From Moniliella sp. 'wahieum' (lineage: Eukaryota), in NCBI GenBank assembly GCA_003971905.1, contig RSEE01000026.1, positions 248,001 through 312,000 of the forward strand: a stretch of 64,000 bases of DNA, written 5' to 3'. This document shows, in pieces, positions 51,110-64,000 of this stretch. The position numbers and the translations under genes are program-made. A model generated the notes under the pieces. The model saw only the letters and a list, made by a program, of their open reading frames with translations, did no database searches and was not told the origin of the DNA. Numbering within the stretch: position 1 is the first letter of the stretch; every line of letters starts with the position of its first letter.

Positions 51110-52919
51110 AGGCCTCAGAGTTTCTAATGTCTCTCTCACTAGCATGTTGAGAGTTGACTCCATTTTGTACCATCCTCTCTTTTGATGGTCACAAAACGCT
51201 TCTCGATGGCTTTCGGGGTTCGTGATCACACTTGATCTGTCGGCAAATCACCTCTCTCGTGGTCGTTCATCATGAGAGGTGGGGTTTATATACCTTTCCT
51301 TTTCAACCTTAGTCGGCTCACCAGTCTTCCGCCGCGGCCACCTCAAACAGGTTCCCTCACCGTCTTTTCACAAATCTGGGGGGAGAAACTGACTGTTTCC
51401 TCCCTTTATGTGCGTTCCTATACCTTGTCTGGTTTGTTAAGTGGGTTTCCTTACCCCCGCGTTTCTCACTGCCTGTTTTGTCTCTCTCCAAAACCGCGCC
51501 AACTATACTCGTAACTGCATTCGTGGCAAACTATTGCACCCCTGACGTATTGCCTTGATGGCATTAGTGAATTGTCTATTGGGATCTGCGATCTCGCTTC
51601 CAAAAAGTCTGTTCTCTACTTTTGACGTGTACTACCCCGCGCCAGTTTTGTCCTTCCTTGCATCTTTCGATCTTTTTTGGTTGCCTACCATTGAGACCTA
51701 TGAGCCCGTATGAACCGATTTCTGTGTTCTCTCCTCTCTACTGCGTTCTCTCTCTGTTCTCTCTCTCTGTTCTCTCGCTTTATGTGGCTGCATCTTCTCG
51801 TTTCGACTGCATTCCCTCTCTTCGGGTCTCTTGTGTGTGTCACCTCTGATCTTTCTCCACCTCTCTAAACATACAATACATGAAACAGACTTGTTCCCTT
51901 AGGAAGCTGTAAACTGTCACTTTGTTTTGTTGGTCTCACTCTCTGTTCTCCGACGTGTTTGCATGGCATTATTGGGGCATCTCGCATATAGCTCACATGC
52001 ATGTGTGCATATATTCTTTGTAGGGGGTTTTCCATTCACTCTGGACGTATAGTTCGTTCGTTCACCGCGCACCTCTTTATGGGTCTTTTACTTTCCATCA
52101 TACACCATCCCCATCATTCGTAGAGTGAAACCACAGATACTTTCTTTTGGAAACAGTGGTGCACAGATAGAGTCTCTCTTTCTTTCTCGTCTGGTGAGAC
52201 CTGGAGTCCTGATGGGGTCTTTGACGGTGATGCAAGCGCACTGGTGGTGGTGGTCTAAGCCAAAACCAGCACCTCCTACAGAGGAAAACGTGTGAACATC
52301 ATGCAGAGAGTCGCCACCAGGGGCTAAGCTGCGGAACAAGGAAAAACATGAGAGAGAAAATCACGGAACTCTCAGGCCTGAGGAGGAACTGAAGGGACAT
52401 TGGCCAAAGCACGAGCCACCCGATGACTCAACATCGTCTGCGTTCGTAAAGGCAAAATGCACAAGACTATAGGCATTACAATATGTCTGTTTTTATGGGT
52501 ATGATCTCTTCGATCTGATCAACTCTACGGACAACCATACACTCTGTCTTCTGATGGAAGCACTGAAGTCCATGCTGCGCTCCCCTTTTTTATATGGTTT
52601 GCATTTTGCAACAACATGTTTTTTGTGGTGTTGGTGGTTTTTTGGGAACTGCGGACAACAAAATTGGCTGCTCGCACACTTCCAGTTGTCTCCAATCGAA
52701 GGATTCTGCGCCTCCCGTCAGTCTTAGGATGTGTATACGGGAGAATGGGGGATCTTTGCCGCCAAAATGTACTACTGTGGGCATCACTAGCGCTGACCGT
52801 GGCTATTCTTCCCCAAGGCAGGCCACAGGTGCAAAAACATGTGAATTTGAACGTTCAGGCTGTTCAAGCAGGGGGTCCCACTTAATGGCCTTCTCATTTG
52901 AACATTTCGAAAGCCGTGA

Positions 52920-54040
<1,121 letters not shown>

Positions 54041-54545
54041 GCTGCTATCTTGGACGAAGCGCATCCACTAGCGCGCCCTGACCGCGCCCGCCTCGCCTTT
54101 GTGAGGGTGAGTCGGACGGCGTGGCGCCCACCTCATCGTGGGTTTACTTCTACTACTCATACAAATCACACTGTCGTTGTTCTCTCCTCTCTTTGGTTGA
54201 CCACTGTACAGATAGACTGCAGTCCGCGCCCTCATCTTCCCATCTGGGGTTGCTGCACCGTCATCATATGCATCAGTTGCGGTAGTTACAGCAGCCTGTC
54301 AGCGCCTGTCGCGACTGCCACAAGATCAGGCGAGAACATTGAAATATTCATGTGGGGTGCATGGCCTGAGCGCACAGGGGCGCCGAAGGAAGCGAAGCGC
54401 ACCGAAACTACCGAAACTAAATGTAACTATCGGTTACAAACACCCCCAACTTAGCCAGGTTTGCCACCACCACCACCACCACAGCGCTGTTGGCGTTACA
54501 CACCTACCTAGCTTATACTCCCGCCCACTGTATCGCCCATCCAGC

Positions 54546-55386
54546 ATGAGTACACGCGACTTGTACGCCGTTCTCGGAGTACGCCCTGACGCTAGCGCGG
54601 ACGAGATCCAAGCAGCGTACACGCGCCAGACGCAGGATCGCCAAGCTGCTCTGGACGATGCGCTGCGTGTTCTGTCCAACCCCGAAACGCGCAAGGCATA
54701 TGACCTCGGTCGCTCTTCCACCGCCTCTCCCATTTCTCTGCTCCGTTCACCCGAGTCGACGGAAGCCCTGCTTCCCTCTGTCTTTTCCCACCCTTTTAGC
54801 CTGCTGAGCAATGTTTGGGACCCGCGCCCCGAAGGACTCAGCGGGTCGGGGGCGAGACCGTGGACTGACAGCTGGAATGCTTCTCCGTTCAGCTTACTGA
54901 GCCAGATGTGGACCCCGTTGTTTGACCGTGATCCGGTGTGGGCGACATTTGACAATTCGCCCTTGCGTCTGGAGCCCCCGACCGGTCCGGCTGTGAGCGA
55001 AGAAAAGCAGAAAAAGAAAAGCAGTCGCCCGGATTCCTAGAACGCTGGTTTGGATCGTCGAGTGGATTGAACGACTCAGACGCGGGCGCCACGTCGGCGC
55101 CTCGGATTACCTTTTTCTCGTTCCTACTCCTCGAGAACGAGGATGGCAAGTTCCGCGTCCGGGGGAGGAAGTCGGAGCTGATGTAGGTAGGATGAGCAGT
55201 TAGCGCTGAGTGCTTAGCGGGGCCGCTGGAACGTTGGTTGGCTGACCTTTATCTTGTTACCAGGGTACGAGGACAGTGTACACCCGTGACTCGGATGGGG
55301 AGACGGTGACGGTGAATGGGGTGCCTCAGACAGAGCATGCTTGGTTACATGGCAGTGCACCCCAGATTACCGAGGTAACCGAATGA
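54546..55386 (+). CDS. J-domain-like protein lacking the HPD loop
   Basis: MSTRDLYAVLGVRPDASADEIQAAYTRQTQDRQAALDDALRVLSNPETRKAYD; F/S/P-rich middle; probable intron 55183-55263; C-terminal ETVTVNGVPQ. Confidence 0.7.
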
Positions 55387-56283
55387 ACTGGGAATGGAAC
55401 AGAAGGGGGCGGACTAGATCGTTGTCTGCGCTAAATCCCTTTCCAGTCCGGCCCGATCCGTTGGCGCCTACTCGCATTACTATCTTTATCACCACTTTGC
55501 TCACTACTATACTTACACCATTGCATTTCCCATCAAATCATCCTCTTCCCGCCTTGCGTTGTCTTTCTTTCTCGTTCTTGTCCTTAGTTTTGATACAGAT
55601 AGCTGTCATGGAAACAGGACATGGACTGGTGAGCATGCCGCCCGCCACACATCCTCGAACGAAAAAAAAGAGGCCTGACTTTGTTGGTCTGTTGGTCAGG
55701 CAAGAAAAGGCATCCACCCCGGGAAGGAAATTGGGGGAAGACCAACCGGGAAAGAAAGAGACTGGGGAAGGTCAGACCGGCTACGGAGGTCTGATGTCGA
55801 TCTCGCTAGGTAAGCGGCTTTGCCCTGGGAAGAGAAGGGGCAGGATGATTCCGATGCACGAAATTACGTGCCCTGTTCATCCACCCTGAGGCCCTGACGC
55901 CTGACGTTCCTGTCAGCATGTCCACTAGCATGCTCAGTATGTCCCCCATGCAGCTGTCAGATGTCACATGTCACAGTCACGTGATATGCACGGCATACCC
56001 CAGGTCACCGGTCAGTGCCAACAATCACCGTTCACCAATCATCGATTGTCTCCGGGCAGAAGGTGGTAGAATTTTCTAGGCTGGTGGACCGGTGAGACGC
56101 CAGGCACAGCGCCAGTGTTGGCACTGCTGGTGGCGGACCGAAAATTATCGAAGACTACTTGCGCTTTCGATCCATTGTCATTAATTCATTCTCAATCGGC
56201 CTCGATTGGTACCGGTTGCCGCGCCCTCGCTTATCCCTTTCCTCCTCCTTTTCCTCCTCCATCTACCATTCGCTCGGTCAGGC

Positions 56284-57821
56284 ATGCTGCCCACCACCGC
56301 TCTCGTGTTTCTGCCAGCACACGTGCCGCGCAAGCCCACATTGCTGCCGTCAGCACGGCTGCACTGGCAAGCAGGTGCGCACGCGCTCCTGCACCTCCCC
56401 CGCTTCCCGTTGCGCCCTTGTCCCGCCTCCCCCTCTGTGGCCAGGGCTGGGGCGCCCCCTCGTCAAAGCTCCCGCGCCTTCAGCTCCTCTTCCCGCACCT
56501 CCGCTTCAGCCGCAAAAGATCTGTACGCACTGCTGGGGGTCAAGAAGGGAGCGTCGGCCAAGGAGATCAAGTCGGCCTACTATGGCCTCGCCAAGAAGCT
56601 CCACCCCGATACCAATCCAGACAAGAAGGCCAAAGACCAATTCATGGAGATCCAAGAAGCCTACGATGTAGGTCCTTATCCATCTTTCCCTTTTCCTGTT
56701 TGCCCTGCGGGTTGACTGACACAAGTGTGTTGTGCGCAGGTTCTATCTGACGACCAGAAGCGCTCGATGTACGACCAATACGGCACCACTGATGGTTCAG
56801 CCGGATTCCAGGATATGGGCGGCATGGGCGGTGCTGGTGCTGGCGGCTTTGGTGGTTTTGGGGGTTCCAAAACATGGGCGGAATGGGAGGCGCCGAATCC
56901 ATCTTTGACCACCTGTTTGGCAACTTTGGAGCTGGAGGTCGCCCTGGTGGTGGCCAGGGCCCCGTGAACGTGCGTGGGGACGACATTGATGCACGCATCA
57001 CATTGTCCTTTGAGGAGGCGGCGCGCGGTACGACAAAGAAGGTTTCCGTGAGTGCTCTGAGTGAGTGTGGAACCTGCCATGGCTCGGGGTTGAAGGAAGG
57101 CGCAAAGAAGAGGACGTGCAAAGAGTGTAAGGGTTCCGGGTCGAAGACGTTTGTTCTGAATGGGTTCCAGATGGCAACGACTTGCCCGGCCTGCCATGGG
57201 GTGGGCGAAACAACAACCCCAAAGACAACTGCGGCCCATGCTCCGGCTCGGGACACGTGCGCAAGACGCTCACCGAAGAAGTCAAAGTTCCTGCTGGCGT
57301 TGACGATGGCATGAAAGTCCGCCTTGACGGTCTAGGCCATTCCCCGTTGGAAGGCAAGGGCCCGAGGGGGAACTTGTATGTTCACATTGCTGTGCAGCCG
57401 AGCAAGACGTGGCGCCGGCAAGGCAGCAATTTGTTGTACAATGCCCAGATTCCCTTTTACACCGCTCTTCTGGGCGGTCGGGTCAAGGTCCCGACGCTGG
57501 ATGGAACGGTGGATCTTCGTGTGCCGGCAGGCACCCAACCTTCGGATAAACTGCTGATTGAGGGCCGCGGTATCCCGTCCTCAACCCTTACGCTACCTCA
57601 ACCTCAAAAGTTCCCAAAGGGGACCTCCTGGTCCAGTTCAACGTCAAGATGCGCGCGCGCTCACCTCGCGGCAAAAGGATATCCTTCGGGCATTTGCCGA
57701 CGATTATGAGGGCAAGACTTCACCATCCCATTTCAAGGAAGGCGAGGACAAGACACACAGTAAGGCTCACCATGACAGTGTGCCTCCGACGCCAGAATCG
57801 CCCGACAGTCCCCAGTTGTAA
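56284..57821 (+). CDS. MDJ1: Mitochondrial type I DnaJ co-chaperone
   Basis: Presequence; [34 protein letters not shown]; intron 56668-56739; G/F region; zinc-finger repeats [55 protein letters not shown]. Confidence 0.93.
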
Positions 57822-58356
57822 AGGGTGTGGGCGGGGCCTTTCGCCAAATTTCCTCCTCCTGCTCTGTTCCTGCTTAGGAGCGGGGGTACTTGGTGGTTCT
57901 GGTATGACCAGTTTGATCGTCAAGGCCATGCCATCTTGGTTCCCTACCACTTCTCTTCCTAACCTCACACCCTCTTCACTCCCTGTGCCTGGGGCGTCTC
58001 ACATATCTCCTTTGTACACCACAACTTTATTCAGCAACTACCATAATTAACCACCCAATGCGTACGCCTAGTTTTCACTGATGGTTGTCAGAGCATTGTG
58101 CCGGGGGGGCGGGGGGGGGTGTTACAATAGTATAGTGTGCGGTCCGTCCTTACTTGCAGTCACCTGGGGGGAACATGGAATGGCAACTGGGATTTAACTA
58201 CAACATTGAAAGTGGGAGTGCGACCCTGCTCCCAGCCACTGTGGCGGCCCCTTGGCTCGTTTTTAATTCCGCATCGACAATTGAGAAGACGAAGTGAGAT
58301 CGAGCCGAGCTTGCCACCGCCTGCTTCCTACCCCATCTGCCATTTCCCGCCACATC

Positions 58357-59646
58357 ATGATCGGTCGGTGTCTGCCCCGCGGGACTGGTGTTACCACCCT
58401 AGTGCGTACGCCGCTCGCATCCCGCCCCAGCGTGGCGAGTTGTGCTCTCTCGCATTGTCTCCAGCGCACCTATGCTGCCGCTGCTGCTCCACGCCCCAAC
58501 GACCCGTACCAAGTCTTTGACCGCTCTGCCAAGCAGTTGCAAAAGGCACGTGCTTCCCGTCGCACTCAGTCCGAGCCTCTGTCGGAAACGAATATGGAGG
58601 AGGCGGATGGACAAGAGGCCTTGGTAGGAACGACGCCTTCCGCACCCAGTAGAGTCACCGATTATCTGCGGGACCAAGTGGCGGCCAACATCGCGGATCG
58701 ATTGTCGGACATTGCTCGTCCCCACCCTGTCGTGGTTGAGATCGGGTCGGGAGCAGGTCATTTACGCCGTTTCCTTGACTTTGGCAAGACCAAGACACAA
58801 AAGCTCATTAGTGCGATGCCAATCGCGAACTGCTCTACCGCGACGAGGAGCTGGATGCGGCGCCGGCGTATGCTGGCGTAGAGATGGAGCGCCGAGTGGT
58901 CGACGAAGAACATCTCGCCCAAACCTTTGGAGAGAATAGCGTGGATGTGATTGTGGCTACAGGGGGCTTGCATTGGACCAACGATTTGTTGGGTGCCCTG
59001 ATCCAGATCCGCCGAGCGCTGCGACCGGATGGAGTGTTTATTGGCGCGTTGGCCGGGGAGACACGCTGTTCGAACTGCGGACATCGCTCCAGCTGGCTGA
59101 GATGGAGCGGGAAGGAGGTATTTCACCACGTGTGTCCCCCATGGCTACGTCGGCCGACATGGCCAACCTACTGGGCCGAGCCGGGTTCTCCATGCCGACG
59201 GTGGACGTGGACGGGTGGCAGTGGGGTATCCTTCGATGTATGAGCTGATGCAGGACTTGCGGGACATGGGAGAGTCGAATGCGACGCTCAACCGGCGCTT
59301 GCATCTGAGGCGAGATACGCTGATTGCTGCGGGTGCCATCTATCGCTCGCTGCATGGGCTGGAAGAGGAGGAAGGGGTGCCGGCAACGTTCAACATGATC
59401 TACCTGGTGCGTCACATGTCTGTTCACCTGCAGGCCAGATGGAGATGGCTGGCTAACCTGAGTGGATGGCAGATTGGGTGGAAGCCCGACAAGTCGCAGC
59501 CCAAGCCGTTGGCCCGGGGGAGCGGACGGATCAGCCTGGGCGGCCTGGAGAATGTGCCGGATGGGCCGAGTGCGGCCGAAGCGCCGCCTGCCAGCGCACC
59601 AGGCAGCGCGGAAGAAGACGGCCAGCAGCACGGCAAGTCGCAGTGA
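58357..59646 (+). CDS. NDUFAF5: NDUFAF5-type SAM-dependent methyltransferase/hydroxylase, complex I assembly factor
   Basis: [116 protein letters not shown]. Intron 59407-59472. Confidence 0.93.
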
Positions 59647-59800
59647 TGGCGTCGATGGAAATAAACACGTGTGCGTCCTGCACCAGAGCCGAGCAGCTGG
59701 GGCTGGTTGAGGCGCCGAGGCAAGAAGCACGCAGAGCAGTGCCACCTACGTTAATCCGTAATCAACCGAAGGCACATAGCCGTGCCCAACGCGCTCCGTC

Positions 59801-59870
59801 AGTGTAGGTGTAAGTGTAAGTGTAAGTGTAAGTGTAAGTGTAAGTGTAAGTGTAAGTGTAAGTGTAAGTG
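59801..59870. repeat. Hexanucleotide microsatellite (AGTGTA) x ~11
   Basis: Direct inspection. Confidence 0.95.
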
Positions 59871-60111
59871 GTAAAACGCTGTGATACCGACGCTGCGCTC
59901 CGCTCGGGCTGCAGGTGTCCAAGCACCACGCGGGCACCGCAGCATGGGGGCAGTGTGCCAGGACTTGCGAAGCGGGGCATATCCTTGCACGATCACTACT
60001 GCGGGGGGAGGGAGAGTGGTAGTCATCGACCATCGATCATCGATCACCTAGCTCGGCAAGCTGGCAGCTGCCAGAGGGTTGTTTGCCGCAGCTCTCCCAT
60101 GCATGCCACAC

Positions 60112-60156
60112 GCACAAGCACAAGCACAAGCACAAGCACAAGCACAAGCACAAGCA
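60112..60156. repeat. Hexanucleotide microsatellite (GCACAA) x ~7
   Basis: Direct inspection. Confidence 0.95.
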
Positions 60157-60345
60157 GCACCACACGCCGCACTGCACCATTCGCCTGCACGAGCCCCTTC
60201 CATCTCCTTGTTGTTCTCCCAACCAACCCGTCGTCTCTGGCATGCAGGCGTCCACCGCAGCATTTATAAGCCATCCTCTGCGCCCACAGCGCCGCTAGCG
60301 AGCCTCACCCCCCCCGCCCCCGCGCCATCCCTATCCCTCCTTGAA

Positions 60346-63271
60346 ATGTCTGCCCTCGAGCTGTTCAAGTCGCGCAACTCGGACCTGGGCATTGTCTGGT
60401 ACGCATCTTCTTACCTCCCCCCTTCTTCGCGGTTGCCATAGATATCCACATTGAATTAACCTGTTGCGCCCCTTCTCCACACCACTGTCTGACCCCCATC
60501 ACTCCTCCCGCTCTTTCCATTCATTCCCTTGCAGGATCTTTGCTACGCTCGGGCGGCAGAGCCGGGTGCGAAGCTTGAGCAAGAAGGCGATTGCCAACGT
60601 CGACATCCAGGCTGCATGCCAGGTCCTTGTCGAGCCAGACCAGCATCTGTCTTCCGCATCAGCAGCCAGCTCATGGCCGGACTCGCCCGGGTCTATGTCA
60701 GCCAAGTACGCACACGTTACTTCCCCTCTTCCTACCATTCGTTTCCTCTCACATTCAGCTAACGCTCTCTCCGCTCCCCCTATGTATCTGATTCCCCAGG
60801 CTGAGGCATGGATGAGCGATGTGACCTCTATGCACACCACCGTCCGTCGCATGACCTTCGCCACTGCGCTGGGCACCGCAAGCATTGATCTCCGCCAACG
60901 TCCCGCACCATGCGTAAGGACGCATCACATTCAAGCTCCCTGACCTACCCGCAGGTTTTTGAGTTTGAGCGGACTGTTGAGATGCCTCTGAGCGGAGGAG
61001 CCGAACCAGCAGAACGCCCGCTCCCTACAAAACATACCGTGTCTCAGGATAAGATTACCCTCCCTTCACCTGCATCCTTTTCCATGCATGACCAGGGGGA
61101 CAGTCTGCTGCTAGGCTCAGAGTTGGGAACAGGGTTGATGAACTGGGATCCAAATGAAGAGGGACAAGATGGGCTGGACTTGGGTCTCTTTGCTGATGAG
61201 TACGACCAAGCCGCTCCGTTTGATGATGGGAGGGAGGGAAACCTGCAACATCACCAAGATTCTCCCCACCCCACGCGCCTCGATTCACTCGACCGGTTCG
61301 CTCCCCTCCTTTCCCGCGACGACCTCACTACCTCCCACCATAACACAGACGACAACTTCCCAGGATTTGGTCCAGGGGCTAATGAAGACCTTCCCCCACT
61401 AGAGGACATGCCAGGTCTTGAAGAGTGAGTCGTTTTGCTTCTCATCATCTGAAGGAGCTAATTGTACGGCCATATGCTGACGTATGTTGACTCTCTTACA
61501 AAGCCAACCAGCTACCCTTTTACCCCTCCCAGCTTTAGAAGATCGCGGCCTGGAACCCACCCACGGGCAAGATAGTGAGGTGACATGGGAAGACCCCAAT
61601 CCTTCACGGGCAACAACGACGTCGTCTCGAGGAACGCCTCCCGATGGGACCGATGGTGGATTTTGATATTGAGGTTACGGACCAAGGCCTTTCCCAGTGG
61701 AATCAACGGTATACCCTCTCCATGGCCCGACTTTCCCATGATGCGGAGGCCAAGGCGGCCGAGAAGGCGGCCAGCACCATAGCGGATGTATACCTCAATG
61801 GCGGCTTTGACTTTGGTATGTCCCTATGTTCCTGTGTCTTCCACACTTGTTGGTGTTTGTTTACGGTAAAAAAAACTGAGACGCGATCGTTAATACTGTC
61901 CGTGTAGCTAGCCAAGCGAGGCACTTGGTCCGTTTTGGATTTCGTTGATTGACCAGGCCAAGCACAACCATGGGAAGCAGACTAAAGTCCATTTCCAGAG
62001 AAGCATGGGCCCGCGCATTGGGATGGAAAACGCGATGGATCCCGGCCATGGAGGCTGGAGGGCAGGGACATGGGTCTGCACATGGGCATGGGCGCTAACG
62101 ATGACCTACCTTTGATTGATGAAATGCCCCCATTGGACAATATGCCGTCTATTAATACGGGCACGTCATTTCCGTCGCGTATACCAAAAGGAAGCGGGTT
62201 GCTAACATTGTGATCTTCACAGGCCAACCCTTATTCTTGAACGACATGCCTCCTCTCGAGGACGGCCCACTGATCATGGGGGGGGATGCTAGCGTACGTT
62301 GTTTTAACCGCTCCACCGCTCTCTCAGGTCCGTATCTAACGTGTTCCTTCTCCCCTCAGATGAACTCTACAAGTGAAATGGGCGTTGGCCGAGACTCGGG
62401 CTCGACAGGGCATTCGTGGGATCGGGCCTTGCCCTGGAATATGCCCGATATGTTCGAAAGGTACGGAGCCGAAGTGCCCAATTCATTGACTGGGACACCA
62501 ACTGCGTACGTATATACCGTCACTACTTTTGTTTCCATTTCCAGCGCACTAATCAGGGAGCTGCTCATCAACAGAGATAAGTCCACCAGCCGGATGCCTT
62601 GGATAGGATCGCACTCCCAACCTTCGCCTTACCTTTTGACGGACCCAACTTCAATGATACCCAGGAGGTATCGGTGCTGGGTAGGTCTGACTCTTGACTC
62701 TTTTCTAATTACTGCTTGTCTACATAACTGACCTTCACCTTTATAGGTCCGCAAGGTACCGAAGTGTCCCCCAACCACGATCCCGCAGGGCAAATCAACA
62801 CACAAATCCGGCAAGCGCAGCATGCTGCAGTGGAAGGAGACAATTTTGTTCGCTACGTGCTTGCCGTCGCACGTTCACTCCCGGCACCTCCCCCGCACCA
62901 GCGACTGAGAGCAAGACCGCTCGTTGTTCTTCAGTGATGTAGCACCCGTTTCCGAGACGAGTCCTGCGGTGGCCGCACAAGCCTTTTACCACGTTCTTGC
63001 TCTCATTTCCGCGCGCAAGATGACGGTACAGCAAAGAGAGCCCTATGCTGAGCTTGTTCTCTCCCTCTCAGACCCGGACATGTCCCCCTCGCCTGAAGCG
63101 ACCGGGCGGCGCGGACCAACAGCCTCACCTCCCCCCGCACACGCGCGACCAATTCCGGTTCACATTCTCATCGTTCGCAATCTGGCACATCGGGATCCGG
63201 GCGGGGGACGCACTCGCGTGATAACTCCTTCTCTGCCTACCTCACTCCCCTCACCTGGGGCAGTGGTGTAA
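60346..63271 (+). CDS. REC8: Meiotic kleisin cohesin subunit (Rec8-like), about 9 introns
   Basis: N-terminus LFKSRNSDLGIVW|IFATLG..KKAIANVDIQAACQVL..FRISSQLMAGLARVY; C-terminal winged helix FSDVAPVSETSPAVAAQAFYHVLALISARKMTVQQREPYAEL. The ATLG (not LAAH) N-terminus favours Rec8 over Rad21. TTTATAAG at ~60263. Confidence 0.85.
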
Positions 63272-63544
63272 GCCGCGCCCGCCATTCCTTAATTTGCACC
63301 CTCCTACCTGCCCTTTCCGTTTTCCTCTCCTGGTTTAATTAGTCTTCGCCCCGAGTGGGCGCCTACGTTACATGTTTCGTCTAAGTGCACTCGGTCGATA
63401 CTCACTTGTCCTACATGATTAATTTACTTTAGTTACCGTCCGTCTCTGTTATCACGTCAATGGTTTCCAGAGAAGGGATCCCCGCTCTGTGAGTCACAGC
63501 ATGGGCGTGGCATGGATTGCAGGAGGATAGGAACCTCAAGCCAT

Positions 63545-64000
<456 letters not shown>

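Noticed and set aside
59746..60441. ORFs with TLTLTL, YTYT, HKHK, AQAQ and TSTS runs
   Set aside because: Translations of the two hexanucleotide microsatellites, not genes.

Overview
GC-rich, gene-dense fungal genomic DNA. It is most likely basidiomycete, probably Ustilaginomycotina-like; this is inferred from the sparse, short GTRYGT..CTRAC..YAG introns, intronless ribosomal-protein genes, a zinc-finger-less WC-1 and a basidiomycete-type Rec8 N-terminus. Nearly every gene, including RPL15 and RPL5, carries 1-bp indels. These are read as uncorrected long-read errors rather than pseudogenisation, so many CDS ends are approximate. Recognisable genes in order: Ime2/Crk1-type kinase, secreted aspartic protease, divergent RPL15/RPL5, F-box protein, tubulin cofactor A, Coa2-like, a small secreted amphipathic repeat protein, White collar-1, several hypothetical proteins, Isa2, Pex2, Urc4/DUF1688, a Nud1/Cdc11-like LRR protein, a forkhead factor, Dpm1, an HPD-less J-like protein, Mdj1, NDUFAF5, Rec8 and the 3' part of Lys12. 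The standout feature lies in a ~13 kb gene-poor island (13.9-27.3 kb). There, a non-coding ~1.8 kb segment (14593-16384) folds end-to-end into one nested, G-U-rich, branched rod on the + strand, downstream of a TATA box. It is a candidate undescribed long structured RNA. The island also holds a head-to-head telomeric palindrome fused to a 3-copy local repeat. Intergenic DNA across the window is packed with clusters of short palindromic words.
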